Part shown: one piece after another, positions 23,434-34,316 of the stretch
Position numbering within the stretch: position 1 is the first letter of the stretch
Layout of the letters: each line of letters opens with the position of its first letter
Assembly (NCBI GenBank): GCA_002269645.1
Contig: NIVC01000516.1
Location: forward strand, 186,001 to 250,000
Length of the DNA stretch: 64,000 bases
Direction: 5' to 3'
From: Macrostomum lignano
Taxonomy: Eukaryota
Made by a program: the position numbers and the translations under genes
The notes under the pieces: model-generated
Told to the model about the DNA's origin: nothing
Databases searched by the model: none
What the model saw: only the letters and a program-made list of their open reading frames with translations

Positions 23434-23530
23434 CCATAGACATTCAAGCCAGGCCACATCACACCCTAGTCATGGACTTAAGCAGTTTAGCAAATTCTTC
23501 CCCACTTGGCTGGGCCGTGTCTGTCTATGG
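23434..23530. mobile_element. 97-bp mini-element bounded by CCATAGACA...TGTCTATGG
   Basis: Inverted terminal motifs at 23434-23441 and 23523-23530, with partial further complementarity. Confidence 0.5.
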
Positions 23531-23576
23531 TTCAATGCTTTTTTCATTTCTTTGGCCCGGTCCAAGTTTGTAAAAA

Positions 23577-23711
23577 ATAAGTTTTTTCCGTTTCTTTCTG
23601 TCTATGGCCCAAAGTCCCCGGCTAAGAGCTCGCTTCTAGGCCTCAGCCAAGAAACGAGCTCCTCAGCCGAGGAATTCGGGCCAAAGAAGGGAAGAAACGG
23701 AAAGAACTTAT
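23577..23711. repeat. Imperfect fold-back (palindromic) element
   Basis: ATAAGTTTTTTCCGTTTCT...GGCCC...CGGCT..GAGCTCG.TTCT pairs with AGAAACGAGCTC..AGCCG...GGGCC...AGAAACGGAAAGAACTTAT. Confidence 0.7.
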
Positions 23712-23733
23712 ACGTCTACTGAGGGAGGCTTGG

Positions 23734-24265
23734 CCATAGACTATAACTTTGGACATTCAATATGGGAAAAAGCCATTCAAAACGGGAATCGGACTGAGAT
23801 TTTATAGCTCTCTGTTTGCTCGTCTTTGGCCTGAAGGCGACCCCAATTCAATGGCGCCAACAATTCCTGTAGCAGATTGCCAGCGGCTGATTGATGCGAT
23901 CGAACAAGGGTCCTCCATCGCAGGAAGCTGCAAGAATCTTGCAAATCAAGAAAACAACCGCATTCCGAATCGCTGCCAACTTTCGACTCTATGGCAGAGT
24001 GCAGAATCCCTTCCTCGCGGTGGTCGGAAGGAAGGATTGTGCAAGGCCGGTCAGGAAATGAGAATTCTTGGATGAGAAACTCGATGAAAATCCTTTCCTG
24101 ACGCTCAAGGGATTCTGAGTTACTTTTGTTTTGCATCCGGTAACGGACACTTTGCTCACTTTTAAATACTCCAGTGGCCCGGAGATATAAAAATACATTA
24201 AATTGGCCGAATTCCCGTTTTGAATGACTTTTCCCCATTTAGATTGTCCATTCCACATTCTATGG
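23734..24265. mobile_element. 532-bp element with CCATAGA...TCTATGG ends and ~60-bp imperfect TIRs
   Basis: TGGACA..ATGGGAAAAAAGCCATTCAAAACGGGAATCGG near the left end pairs with CCGAATTCCCGTTTTGAATGACTTTTTCCCCAT..TGTCCA near the right end. Confidence 0.7.
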
Positions 24266-24344
24266 TTGTGTACCTCGTATTACCAAACAGCTGTCCTGTT
24301 TGATTGTCAAAAATACCATTTAGATCGTCAAAAGCGATACTACA

Positions 24345-24961
24345 AGTATTGGTTTTTGCGAGCTATCTCAGCCAAGGAGCAAGCAAACTCATCCATCCCA
24401 TAGATTTCAATACGACGAAGGAGGTGGTTTGAACCATAGACTATCACGTTTTTTCAACCAAACTCATCCAACGGGCGAGCAATCTCAGCCATAGCTTGTT
24501 TATTAAGCGAAAAATTTAATTGGTTCGTATATAAGAGACTTTATGATAGAGCAGCACATCAATCTTGCTTGATTCCTCCCTTATTCCGCCACGTTGGAGA
24601 GCAGCAATTCTTCCAGTAGCTACGTAAGTCCGGATTATATGTCTGGACGTCTTCAGCTTTATCCCGAGAATGCGTGAAGCAGTGCTCAAATTTTGTCCGT
24701 CATTCCATGCGTTGATTAGCTTCTCTCTGTCGGAGTTGGATGTTTGTCGCAACTGAGCCATCGGAGGAGGAGGAAAGAAAGAAGGGAAGAGGAAATGAAT
24801 GGGCAGACAAGCTATGGCTGAGATTGCTCGCCCGTTGGATGAGTTTGGTTGAAAAAACGTGATAGTCTATGGTTCAAACCACCTCCTTCGTCGTATTGAA
24901 ATCTATGGGATGGATGAGTTTGCTTGCTCCTTGGCTGAGATAGCTCGCAAAAACCAATACT
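24345..24961 (-). mobile_element. Non-autonomous element with perfect 155-bp inverted arms enclosing an IS630/Tc1-type N-terminal HTH fragment
   Basis: 24345-24499 is the exact reverse complement of 24807-24961. Internal ORF 24516-24761 (MAQLRQTSNSDREKLINAWNDGQNLSTASRILGIKLKTSRHIIRTYVATGRIAALQRGG) has the paired-like HTH signature of IS630/Tc1 transposase N-termini. No DDE domain. Confidence 0.8.
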
Positions 24962-26002
24962 GCTTTTTGCTTTGTTCGCGATATACATTTGCCTTCTGAG
25001 ACGAACATTTCTATACTGAAATGAACATTTAAACATCTTCCACGGAAATAATTTAGATTTCCCTACATGTACCTTACATGTAAAGGTTTTGAAAGTTACC
25101 AACTGTTAACGATAATTTGATAAGCGACACAGCTAGTTTTTTAATTCTAAAAACGCATATTGCACACATTAATGACAAATCAACTCTTTAAAATCTGTTT
25201 AAAACACCAATCTTATTAACTCGATGCTTGAAGTATCTTCTGTTAGGATTGACCAATACGAGTATATGACAATTCACCACGGCAACTGACAAGTACAGAC
25301 CAAAATTCTTGGTCAATAAACTTGTATAAAATCACATCGAACCAGCTTCAAATGATGTCTAAAAAATGACTAAATGGTGCATAAGTCGGTCGCCAATTAC
25401 CAAGATTTATATTATAGTTAAACTACTACACAAGGACGCCACACGCATGCACAGCTCCCGCCTGTGGAGCCGTGTGCACAGGCGGTTAGTTTCAACAATA
25501 TATTTGATGTCTATGGAGAACAGACAGAAAAGCACATTGTTAATGCAGATGCGCAGACAATGGCAATGCACTGTTTTTATGCGCTTAATAGCAGCCTTTG
25601 AAACAGGTTGGCGAGAAGTCTAGTTAAAAAACAATTGAGGACACAGCCCGAGCAAGAATGTAACGAATTTCATGAAGACCGACGTACAAACATGAATCGA
25701 ACTATTAAAATGGTACTAGCTACTTATAGTAGTATAGGAAATGACGGGAATGGAAAAAGAGGGGACGGCGATATCTGCCCAAAAATGGCACGGAATGTTG
25801 ATGATGATAATAAAGTAGGAATGCATGCGATCTATTACAATTAAGTAAATACAATCAATTGTTTTATTTAAGTCTCGGACGCAGGACAAAAGCCTGGTTT
25901 AATTTTTGACTACGAGCATTTCTGTGGGTGCAAAATGGACCCTAAGTAAGCGTGAGCATTAATAGCTACTAATATAATTACTGTCATTATACGCATGCTT
26001 GG

Positions 26003-26158
26003 GCGCAACCTTGGGATTCACCCGGCCGTTTCTATTGGCAACACATGCATGTAAGTCGCTATTGGCTGAGAGCAGTCACGTGACTACTGTTCTGTCCAAT
26101 AGCGACTTACATATGTGTGTTGCCAATAGAAACGGCCGGGCGAATCCCAAAGTTGCGC
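26003..26158. mobile_element. 156-bp palindromic MITE-like element
   Basis: Arms of ~63 bp (GCGCAACCTTGGGATTCACCCGGCCGTTTCTATTGGCAACAC...TAAGTCGCTATTGG) with few mismatches around a central AGTCACGTGACT palindrome. Confidence 0.8.
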
Positions 26159-26261
26159 ATGTTAAAATTTATACGGATATCAGTACTGATGTGAAGTTGC
26201 TTAAAGAAATTAATTAAGAACTATGCCTTAGGCTACCCTACATATCACCCCAAATGTACAA

Positions 26262-26428
26262 CAACCGGCTAAGTGTACACTAACCCACCCTTAGATGTAC
26301 ACTAACCTACCCCTAGATGTACACTAACCCACCCCTAGGTGTGCACTAACCCACCCTTAGATGTACACTAACCCACCCCTAGATGTACACTAACCCTTCC
26401 CCTAGATGTACACTAACCCACCCCCTAC
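26262..26428. repeat. 23-bp minisatellite (GATGTACACTAACCCACCCYTA-like)
   Basis: About 7 tandem units. Confidence 0.9.
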
Positions 26429-27218
26429 ATTAACACACGCCCAACGCTATGCCCAAACATTCTTGCGAAATTAAAAGTCAAAGTAAGCACAGAAGAATAC
26501 AAAAAAGTCTCTTCTGGACGGAGTGGAAGTTAAAAAACTGAGAGAACAGAATGGACGCAAGTCTACTAAAAGAGCATTGCAAACGAATGACAATTGAAAA
26601 TTTATATATGTGAACACAGTTCAAAAACATCAGAATGGACGGGGCCTAGGGCGACAAATGAGACGCTAAAAAATCGAACTCAAAAATCTAAATTACACAG
26701 AATCATATGCAAAAGCCAAAGAGGACGGTTCTCATGAGAAAAAAAGCAACTCAAGACGGACATAATGCGCAAAGGCATTGATACTATGGAATGTAGTTAT
26801 CTCATGGTATCACAACAATTCAAATCTGACAATGTTGGGCTTCTGTCAAACAATATACATATATGTTGCGAGAGATTTTTGTGTTTTTTCAAACTTATCA
26901 CAATATATTTCGACATGCAGAAAATATGCAAGAAAAACTACAATGAATATTATTATTTAATAGTAATTAGCTACCTAAGGAATTCCAGTTCCATTTTGTT
27001 TAACTCGACTGATACGGAAATCTTTAATTACGAGCGTAATTAAAAAATTAAAAGTGCAATGCATGGAAGAATTCGCGTACGAGTCAGGCCTTTTACTGTA
27101 TGAGAATGTGAATGTTGAAACCCATTTTTTAACAATCTATTGATAGATTTGTACTCTTAGCCCTTGGTTCGGTAAGTAGCTATCTTAAGCTGGAGTAGGA
27201 AAAAGGTACCTACCTGCA

Positions 27219-28212
27219 GGATACTCAGGGGGAGATGCTGTCTCTCAGCTAGGGGTATTCAGGGGGAGATGCTGTCTCTCAGCTGGGGTATTCAAAGGGA
27301 GATGCTGTCTCTCAGCTGGGGGTATTCAGAGGGAGATGCTGTCTCTCAGCTGGGGGTATTCAGAGGGAGATGCTGTCTCTCAGCTGGGGGTATTCAGAGG
27401 GAGATGCTGTCTCTCAGCTGGGGGTATTCAGAGGGAGATGCTGTCTCTCAGCTGGGGGTATTCAGAGGGAGATGCTGTCTCTCAGCTGGGGGTATTCAGA
27501 GGGAGATGCTGTCTCTCAGCTGGGGGTATTCAGAGGGAGATGCTGTCTCTCAGCTGGGGGTATTCAGAGGGAGATGCTGTCTCTCAGCTGGGGGTATTCA
27601 GAGGGAGATGCTGTCTCTCAGCTGGGGGTATTCAGAGGGAGATGCTGTCTCTCAGCTAGGGGTATTCAGAAAGATATGCTGTCTCTCAGCTGGGGGTATT
27701 CAGAAAGAGATGCTGTCTCTCAGCTGGGGTATTCAGGGGGAGATGCTGTCTCTCAGCTGGGTATTCAGGGGGAGATGCTGTCTCTCAGCTGGGGGTATTC
27801 AGAGGGAGATGCTGTCTCTCAGCTGGGGTATTCAGAGGGAGATGCTGTCTCTCAGCTGGGGGTATTCAGGGGAAGTTGCTGTCTCTCAGCTGGGGGTATT
27901 CAGAAAGAGATGCTGTCTCTCAGCTGGGGGTATTCAGAGGGAGATGCTGTCTCTCAGCTGGGGGTATTCAGGGGAAGTTGCTGTCTCTCAGCTGGGGGTA
28001 TTCAGAAAGAGATGCTGTCTCAGCTGGGGTATTCAGAAAGAGATGCTGTCTCAGCTGGGGTATTCAGAAAGAGATGCTGTCTCTCAGCTGGGGGTATTCA
28101 GGGGAAGTTGCTGTCTCTCAGCTGGGGGTATTCAGAAAGAGATGCTGTCTCTCAGCTGGGTATTCAGGGGGAGATGCTGTCTCTCAGCTGGGTATTCAGG
28201 GGGAATGCTGTC
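27219..28212. repeat. 34-bp minisatellite (GGGAGATGCTGTCTCTCAGCTGGGGGTATTCAGA)n
   Basis: About 29 tandem units. Source of spurious ORFs 27269-28272. Confidence 0.97.
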
Positions 28213-28304
28213 TGCTTCATGGCTACACATCCCCATAACGTAAACAAAACAGATAATAAAAAAACGATATAAAAAGTACATAAAATAAAAAGTACAGAAG
28301 TGAA

Positions 28305-31300
28305 TTACAACAATGAGGCAACTTCGCCTAACAATTGAGCAGCTGAGCTGTTATTGGCAACTGAGAGTCCAGCTGTGGCGGTAGCGCCACCACCTGCCAG
28401 ATCCAATGGCGGCAGTCTGCGGCCGCAGATGCTGTTGTCCGACAGGCGGGGATCGCGGCCGCAGACGAAGCGACGTCGAATTGAGGCGGGCGGTGGAACA
28501 GCCGTAGTAGCGGCAGCGGTCAGGCTGGGTGCGCGCGTGAAGTGTGTTGCTTAGATACTACTGTCAAACTGGCTAATAAGTAGTGCGTTCTGCGTTTTAG
28601 AAACTGAAGTGTCTCTTTTGATACAAAATCCTTCGAAGAAAAATGACCAATTGGAAATTACTGACAAGGGGATGACACTATGAGAGGGCGATGACCAATC
28701 AAAATGAAGGGGATGACCAATTAGCATGAAGGGGATGACCAATCAGCATTAAATGGATGACCAATCAGCATGAAGGGGATGACCAATCAGCATGAAGGAG
28801 ATGACCAATCAGCATGAAGGAGATGACCAATCAGCATGAAGGAGATGACCAATCAGCATGAAGGAGATGACCAATCAGCATGAAGGAGATGACCAATCAG
28901 CATGAAGGAGATGACCAATCACCATGAGAAAGCTATGACAAGCCATAACAGAAAGGAGGGAAGTTGTATGCATAAAAATGAAAAGACAATCCAGGATCCA
29001 GATTGCAGGAAAGATCTGAAAGAAGACTAGCGCTATTATTAATGAATGCTATTCTCCAAAACATAGCTGTCATATATCTCAATACGTTTTACTATTAGGG
29101 GCCCTAGCAACTGACTGTAAAACGAAGAACACAACGCAACACTATCAAAATTAGATACCCAGTTACTGAAACAGAGTCAGTGCATAAATACAGACTTTGT
29201 CTGTGAAAGGTAAAGGTAACACATAGTACAGACATTGATGCTTTGCTTCAATAAGCAAGCTTTGTCAAACTCTTCAGCTAATTAGTTATTCGTATGCAAA
29301 GTATAAACATAGGCCGGAAGTCTGGAGCGTTAATTTAATACTCGAACTAATTTAAATATGCGCTCATTTCAGATTCTTTGGTATGGCCTGTTGCTCACGA
29401 TAGCTACATCTTATTCATCTTATTTCGGGGTGTGAAGAATATTTATGAACCTCCATCTCTGTGGTAAATGAAGTTGCAAAATGTGACAGCTAAGATGTGA
29501 ATGAAGCTCCAGGTGTGAATGAAACTCAAGGGTGCAAATGAAGCTGCAGGGTGTGAATGAAGCTGCATGGTGTGAATGAAGCAATGACTATTTTGATCTA
29601 TGGAGTTTCAAGATGTGAATTAAAAGGTTCCAAGATGTGAAGATTGAAGTTCCAGTATGTGAAAGAAGCATCAAGATGTGAATGAAGAGGCTTCAAAATG
29701 TGAATGAGGAAGCTCCGAGATGTGAATGAAAAGGCCCTTAAAATGTGAATGAGGAAGCTCCGAAATGTGAATAAAAAGGCCCCAAAATGTGAATGAGGAA
29801 GCTCCGAGATTTGAATGTAAAGGCCCCAAAATGTGAATGAGGAAGCTCTAAGATGTGAATGAAAAGGCCGCAAAATGTGAATGAGGAAGCTCTAAGATGT
29901 GAATGAAGAGGCCCCAAAATGTGAATGAGGAAGCTCCGAGATGTGAATGAAAAGGCCCCAAAATGTGAATGAGGAAGCTCTAAGATGTGAATGAAGAGGC
30001 TTCAAAATGTGAATGAGGAAGCTCTAAGATGTGAATGAAAAGGCCCCAAAATGTGAATGAGGAAGCTCCGAGATGTGAATGAAAAGGCCCTAAGATGTAA
30101 ATAAAGTTCTAATATACGTGTAAACAGTTTCAGGGAGTGAACAAAATGCCAAGAGACTCGGCAAGCCGGGGCATCCCACACTCTCCAAGCCAAAAATGCT
30201 CACCAGTCGTTATGATTAAAAGCAGCTCCGAGCTGTCTCGCAGCGGCCACAGAAGATGTGGAAGACCCACCGCCGCCACCGCGCACTGGGGCAACATCGA
30301 ACAGGCGCCTGAGCGAGTCCTCCGAATCGAACGCCGAACAGACCAGCACCGTGCTGGAGCCGGCCGGGGCGGCGGTCGACGTTGGCGACTTGCAATTAGA
30401 CGAAGATTTACCGGCAGCCGCTAGCGATTTGGGCAAATGGCCTTGCGTTGGGGGTAGCGAGAATGTCGGATTTGTTAATCACTTGTCTATACGCGTGTCT
30501 TTTAGCCTTCTCAACTAGTCCATTGCTCCATCTACTTCTCATCTGTTCTTTAGTTACTTCTCACCTGTCCTTTGGCTACTTCTCACATGTTCTTTATCTA
30601 CTTCTCACCTGTTCTTTAGCTACTTCTCACATGTTCTTTAGTTATTTATCACCTGTTTTTTAGTTACTTCTCATCTGTCCTGAAGTTACTTCTCACCTTT
30701 TATTTATCTACTTCACACCTGTCCTTTAGTTAATTCTCACCTCTTATTTATCTACTTCACACCTGCCCTTTAGTTACTTCTCACCAGTCCTTTAGTTACT
30801 TTTCACCACCTGTTCTTTATCTACTTCTTACCTGTCCTCTATCTACTTCTTACGTGTCTTTTTATCTACTTCTCACCTGTCCTTTATCTACTTCTCACCT
30901 GTCCTTTATCTACTTCTCACCTGATATTTATCTACTTCTCACTTGTCCTTTATCTTTTCTTACCTGTCCTTTATCTCCTCATTTGCCCTTTATCTAACGG
31001 TACTTCTCACCTGTCCTTTGTCTTTTCTCACCCGTCTTTCTCAATCACCAGCTATCCCCCGCTACAAACACACAGAAAAAAGGAAACAATCAAGCCAAGC
31101 CTTCTCACCAGCCAAATCCAGCGGCGGCAGGGCCGGACTGTACATGGGCACATTGGGCTCTATCCAGATGGACGGCGGCAGGTGTCGACATCGCATCGGC
31201 ACGCTGGCCGCCGCCATAGCTGGCCGGGACAGTCGAGTTGCTCGAGACTGAAGCGGCTGCGGCTGCTTCTGGGGCTGCTTCTCCTGAGTCCTGTCTTCTT

Positions 31301-31574
31301 CAACGTCTGGCAGTTGTTTTCCACAACAAGCTTGAAGGATCCGACGATGACGCCGGTGCTGCTCGTCGAATTCCATTTCAAATTCGTCAATAAAATCGTC
31401 GTCTCCTCTGCCTGTTAAAATTGACGATCGAGGCGAGGGCGACGCTGTTGGCGAGTCGGCAATCAAGGAATTCGACGTTGTTGGCGTGCCGAGACCCGAA
31501 TCGGCGTCTGCCTCTGCGGACATGTTCGAATCCGCCTGGTGCTGCCGTATCATGGACCTGGTGGCGCTGTCCAT
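28305..31574 (-). CDS. Spliced gene for an uncharacterised low-complexity protein (partial model)
   Basis: Exon 31574-31109 (ATG MDSATRS...LPPLDLA, GTGAG donor, phase 1) joins in frame to exon 30441-30204 (CAAG acceptor). A probable terminal exon lies at 28549-28305 (...RRLPPLDLAGG...*). The phase between the last two exons does not match, so an exon is missing or the gene stops at 30200. Confidence 0.55.
28688..28930. repeat. 22-bp minisatellite (GATGACCAATCAGCATGAAGGA)n
   Basis: Tandem units, each with a CCAAT core. Confidence 0.92.
29490..30100. repeat. ~22-bp/44-bp dimeric minisatellite (core ATGTGAATGA)
   Basis: Alternating ...AAAGGCCCC / ...GGAAGCTC variants. Confidence 0.9.
30515..31045. 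repeat. ~22-bp degenerate minisatellite (TACTTCTCACCTGTCCTTTATC)
   Basis: Fills the intron between exons 31109 and 30441. Confidence 0.88.
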
Positions 31575-31792
31575 GAAGCAAAGTTTAGAGTACTGTATGT
31601 AAGATGTGCAGCTGCGTTGTGCACTGCTCACTCTCGTATTCTACATCTGCTTTCTACATGTTTTCATGCAAAACTATATAATGGCCATCTAACTTGGCAC
31701 GCAAGCCAACTTTACAAGTACATGATCTAATGTACATATCGATCAGTGGTACTGGTATTATAGGTCTATATGGGAATACAGACGCCATAGAA

Positions 31793-32010
31793 TCCTGACT
31801 TTGAGAATGGTACCCTGAGTCTTTTTTGCCATCCTGACTTTGATTATGGTATTCTGACTTTGATTATGGTATTCTGACTTTGATTATGGTATTCTGACTT
31901 TGATTATGGTATTCTGATTTTGATTATGGTATTCTGATTTTGATTATAGTATTCTGAATTTGATTCTGGTATACTGACTTCGATGATGGTATGCTGACTT
32001 TGATTATGGG
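31793..32010. repeat. 20-bp minisatellite (CTGACTTTGATTATGGTATT)n
   Basis: About 10 tandem units. Confidence 0.9.
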
Positions 32011-32404
32011 TAGCCATTCTTGAGCAATTTGTGTGACACCTATGTGAATGTCTATGGACCCGACAAAGGAATTAAGTATTGATGAGTTATTATTTCTTTA
32101 CAAAGTATGCCCAGACTTCAAATAGTATATTCCAACTAAGTATACTAGGGACAGCATCAAGCTGTACTGTGCTTGTTAGCATTGAAAATGTCAAATAGGA
32201 ATTTCAAATTAGCAATGTATCCAGATATAGTAAAGTGTAGATATAACTTATTGGTTCAGATTTGCATGCATGGTCTTTTCAAACACATCATGTACACATA
32301 TTTAACTTTATTCTAAGTATAACCCTAGGCAAGCTGCAAGAAGTTGGTACTGCTAGTTGTATACTAATTAGGAACCAACCAATCAGGTGCTGCCACTAGA
32401 AAAG

Positions 32405-32822
32405 CCACTTAATCAAATACCACAGCTAGTGAAACTACCTAATCAGGTGCCATTATTAGTAGAACTACCTAATCAGGTGCCATTATTAGTAGAACTACCT
32501 AATCAGGTGACATTATTAGTAGAACTACCTAATCAGGTGCCATTATTAATAGAACTACCTAATCAGGTGACATTATTAGTAGAACTACCTAATCAGGTGC
32601 CATTATTAGTAGAACTACCTAATCAGGTGCTATTATTAGTAGAACTACCTAATCAGGTGACATTATTAGTAGAACTACCTAATCAGGTGCCATTATTAGT
32701 AGAACTACCTAATCAGGTGCTATTATTAGTAGAACTACCCAATCAGGTGCCATTATTAGTTGAACTACTTAATCAAATGCCAATATTAGCACAACTACCT
32801 AATCAGGTGCCATTACTAGCAA
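32405..32822. repeat. 30-bp minisatellite (TTAGTAGAACTACCTAATCAGGTGCCATTA)n
   Basis: About 14 units. Gives the spurious VELPNQVPLL ORF. Confidence 0.95.
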
Positions 32823-32829
32823 TTCACAA

Positions 32830-33390
32830 GTGATGATATAGAAGATAGTCACTATCCTGGGTATCTCATTGGGAAGTGTCATCATAATCCTGCATAAACA
32901 ACTATACCTTAGCAAGGTGTTGTCTGCATGATAGGTCTCCCATTTTACCTAACTAAAGAACAAAAGCAGCATAGGGTGGAATGCTATCTAGGTTCAATAA
33001 TAGTAGCTCAAACTCAGTGTCTAAGGTTGTAAGTGGCAATGAGACCTGGGTATACAATTACAACCCTAAGTCCAAGCAGCAGTTGGCATAGTAGATGCCC
33101 ATTGGTGGTAGGCCAATGACAAAGCTAATGTGATCTCATAGCATTGCAAAGCAGATAGTGGTAGTTTTCATGGCCTACAGCAGCTTAGTGGCTACCTACA
33201 ATGCAACTAGTGACATAGTGCACAATGACCGCCTGCTAGTACGTGACCAATTGCTTGCCAAAAGTTCTGCAGGCAATTGGCCAGCAATGGCCAAGGACTA
33301 GACATCATGGCATGCTGTTGCACCAAGACAATGTGCCTGCATAAATGGTGCAATAGATGTAGCAGTTTTTGTAGCAACAGTGAGTGCAAC
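32830..33390 (+). mobile_element. Decayed mariner transposase fragment
   Basis: LGISLGSV..ILHKQL.LSKV.SA**VSH (RWVPH), SGNETWVYNYNPKSKQQLA** (GDETWVY.YDPE.KQQS..W) and LLHQDNVPA* (HDNAPAH). Many stop codons. Confidence 0.85.
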
Positions 33391-34316
33391 TATCTTTCTT
33401 GCTTATTTGCTATATAGATTAAGTAGAAATTATTCCTATAGTACTGTGGGGATAAGCATTGCCTTTATATTATTATAAGATAAGACAATATAAGATGATA
33501 TAAATTCTATAATCTATAGACTATAACCATAGCTACCATTTGGCAAGATCTCTATAGCCACAATCCATAACATAACCAAATTCTACTAAAAAGTGTTGCC
33601 CTAAGTTTCCCCATAAGGCCATAACCATAGCCTTAATTATGGTAGAAGACTACAAAACTATTATAGGCCTACAGTTCAGATAAATATGAGGCCTAGCAGT
33701 AGCACAATGGCTCTTGACTTTGCTTTGCTTTTAGTTTTTGGCTTTATTACCCTAGAAAATCAAGCTAATATGGCAAAAGTTAAAATTTAAAAAAGTTTCT
33801 TGGTAATAATTACTATCCAAGTTCTACTAGGCCTAATCTAGGCCTAAAGCTTAAACCAGTCAGAAAAGCCATGTTTTCTAAAACAAATATCATAACATGA
33901 AAGATCCATTTTAATGAAGCAAAACCAAACTAAGCTAGTAGGTCTAATACGTATATTTACTGGGGTCTAACCTACGCTTTTTAGTTTTGAAAAGGGCCCT
34001 GTACTGATACTGACAGTTATTATTTTAAAAACCGGCAGTCAATTATCTAGTTAAAAAAGTGCGCTTTACAAGTTAAGAATAACAACTTAAAGCAACAATA
34101 AGCTAAGTTAATCTTAAAACCATAATTTGCTGCTCTTTTTACTTAAAATTTAAACTTAGCAATCAGTTCATTCAGTGTAAGATAGACAGTAAGTTTTTCA
34201 AACAGTTTTGTAAGCAAATTCAACATGATTTAAACATTTATTTAAATCATTTAATTTTGTCGAAGCAAATATTTAAAGTCGTTACCAAATTGACTAAAAT
34301 ATCATTAGATATATCA

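Noticed and set aside
25360-25420. HKSVANY as a possible tyrosine-recombinase box II continuing the Crypton fragment
   Set aside because: The His-to-Tyr spacing is wrong and no HxxR motif lies upstream.
27269-28272. Long ORFs in tandem repeats (also 1096-1509, 32387-32833, 35644-37096, 41695-43328, 61649-62864)
   Set aside because: They are by-products of stop-free repeat units, open in several frames or strands, and mostly intronic.
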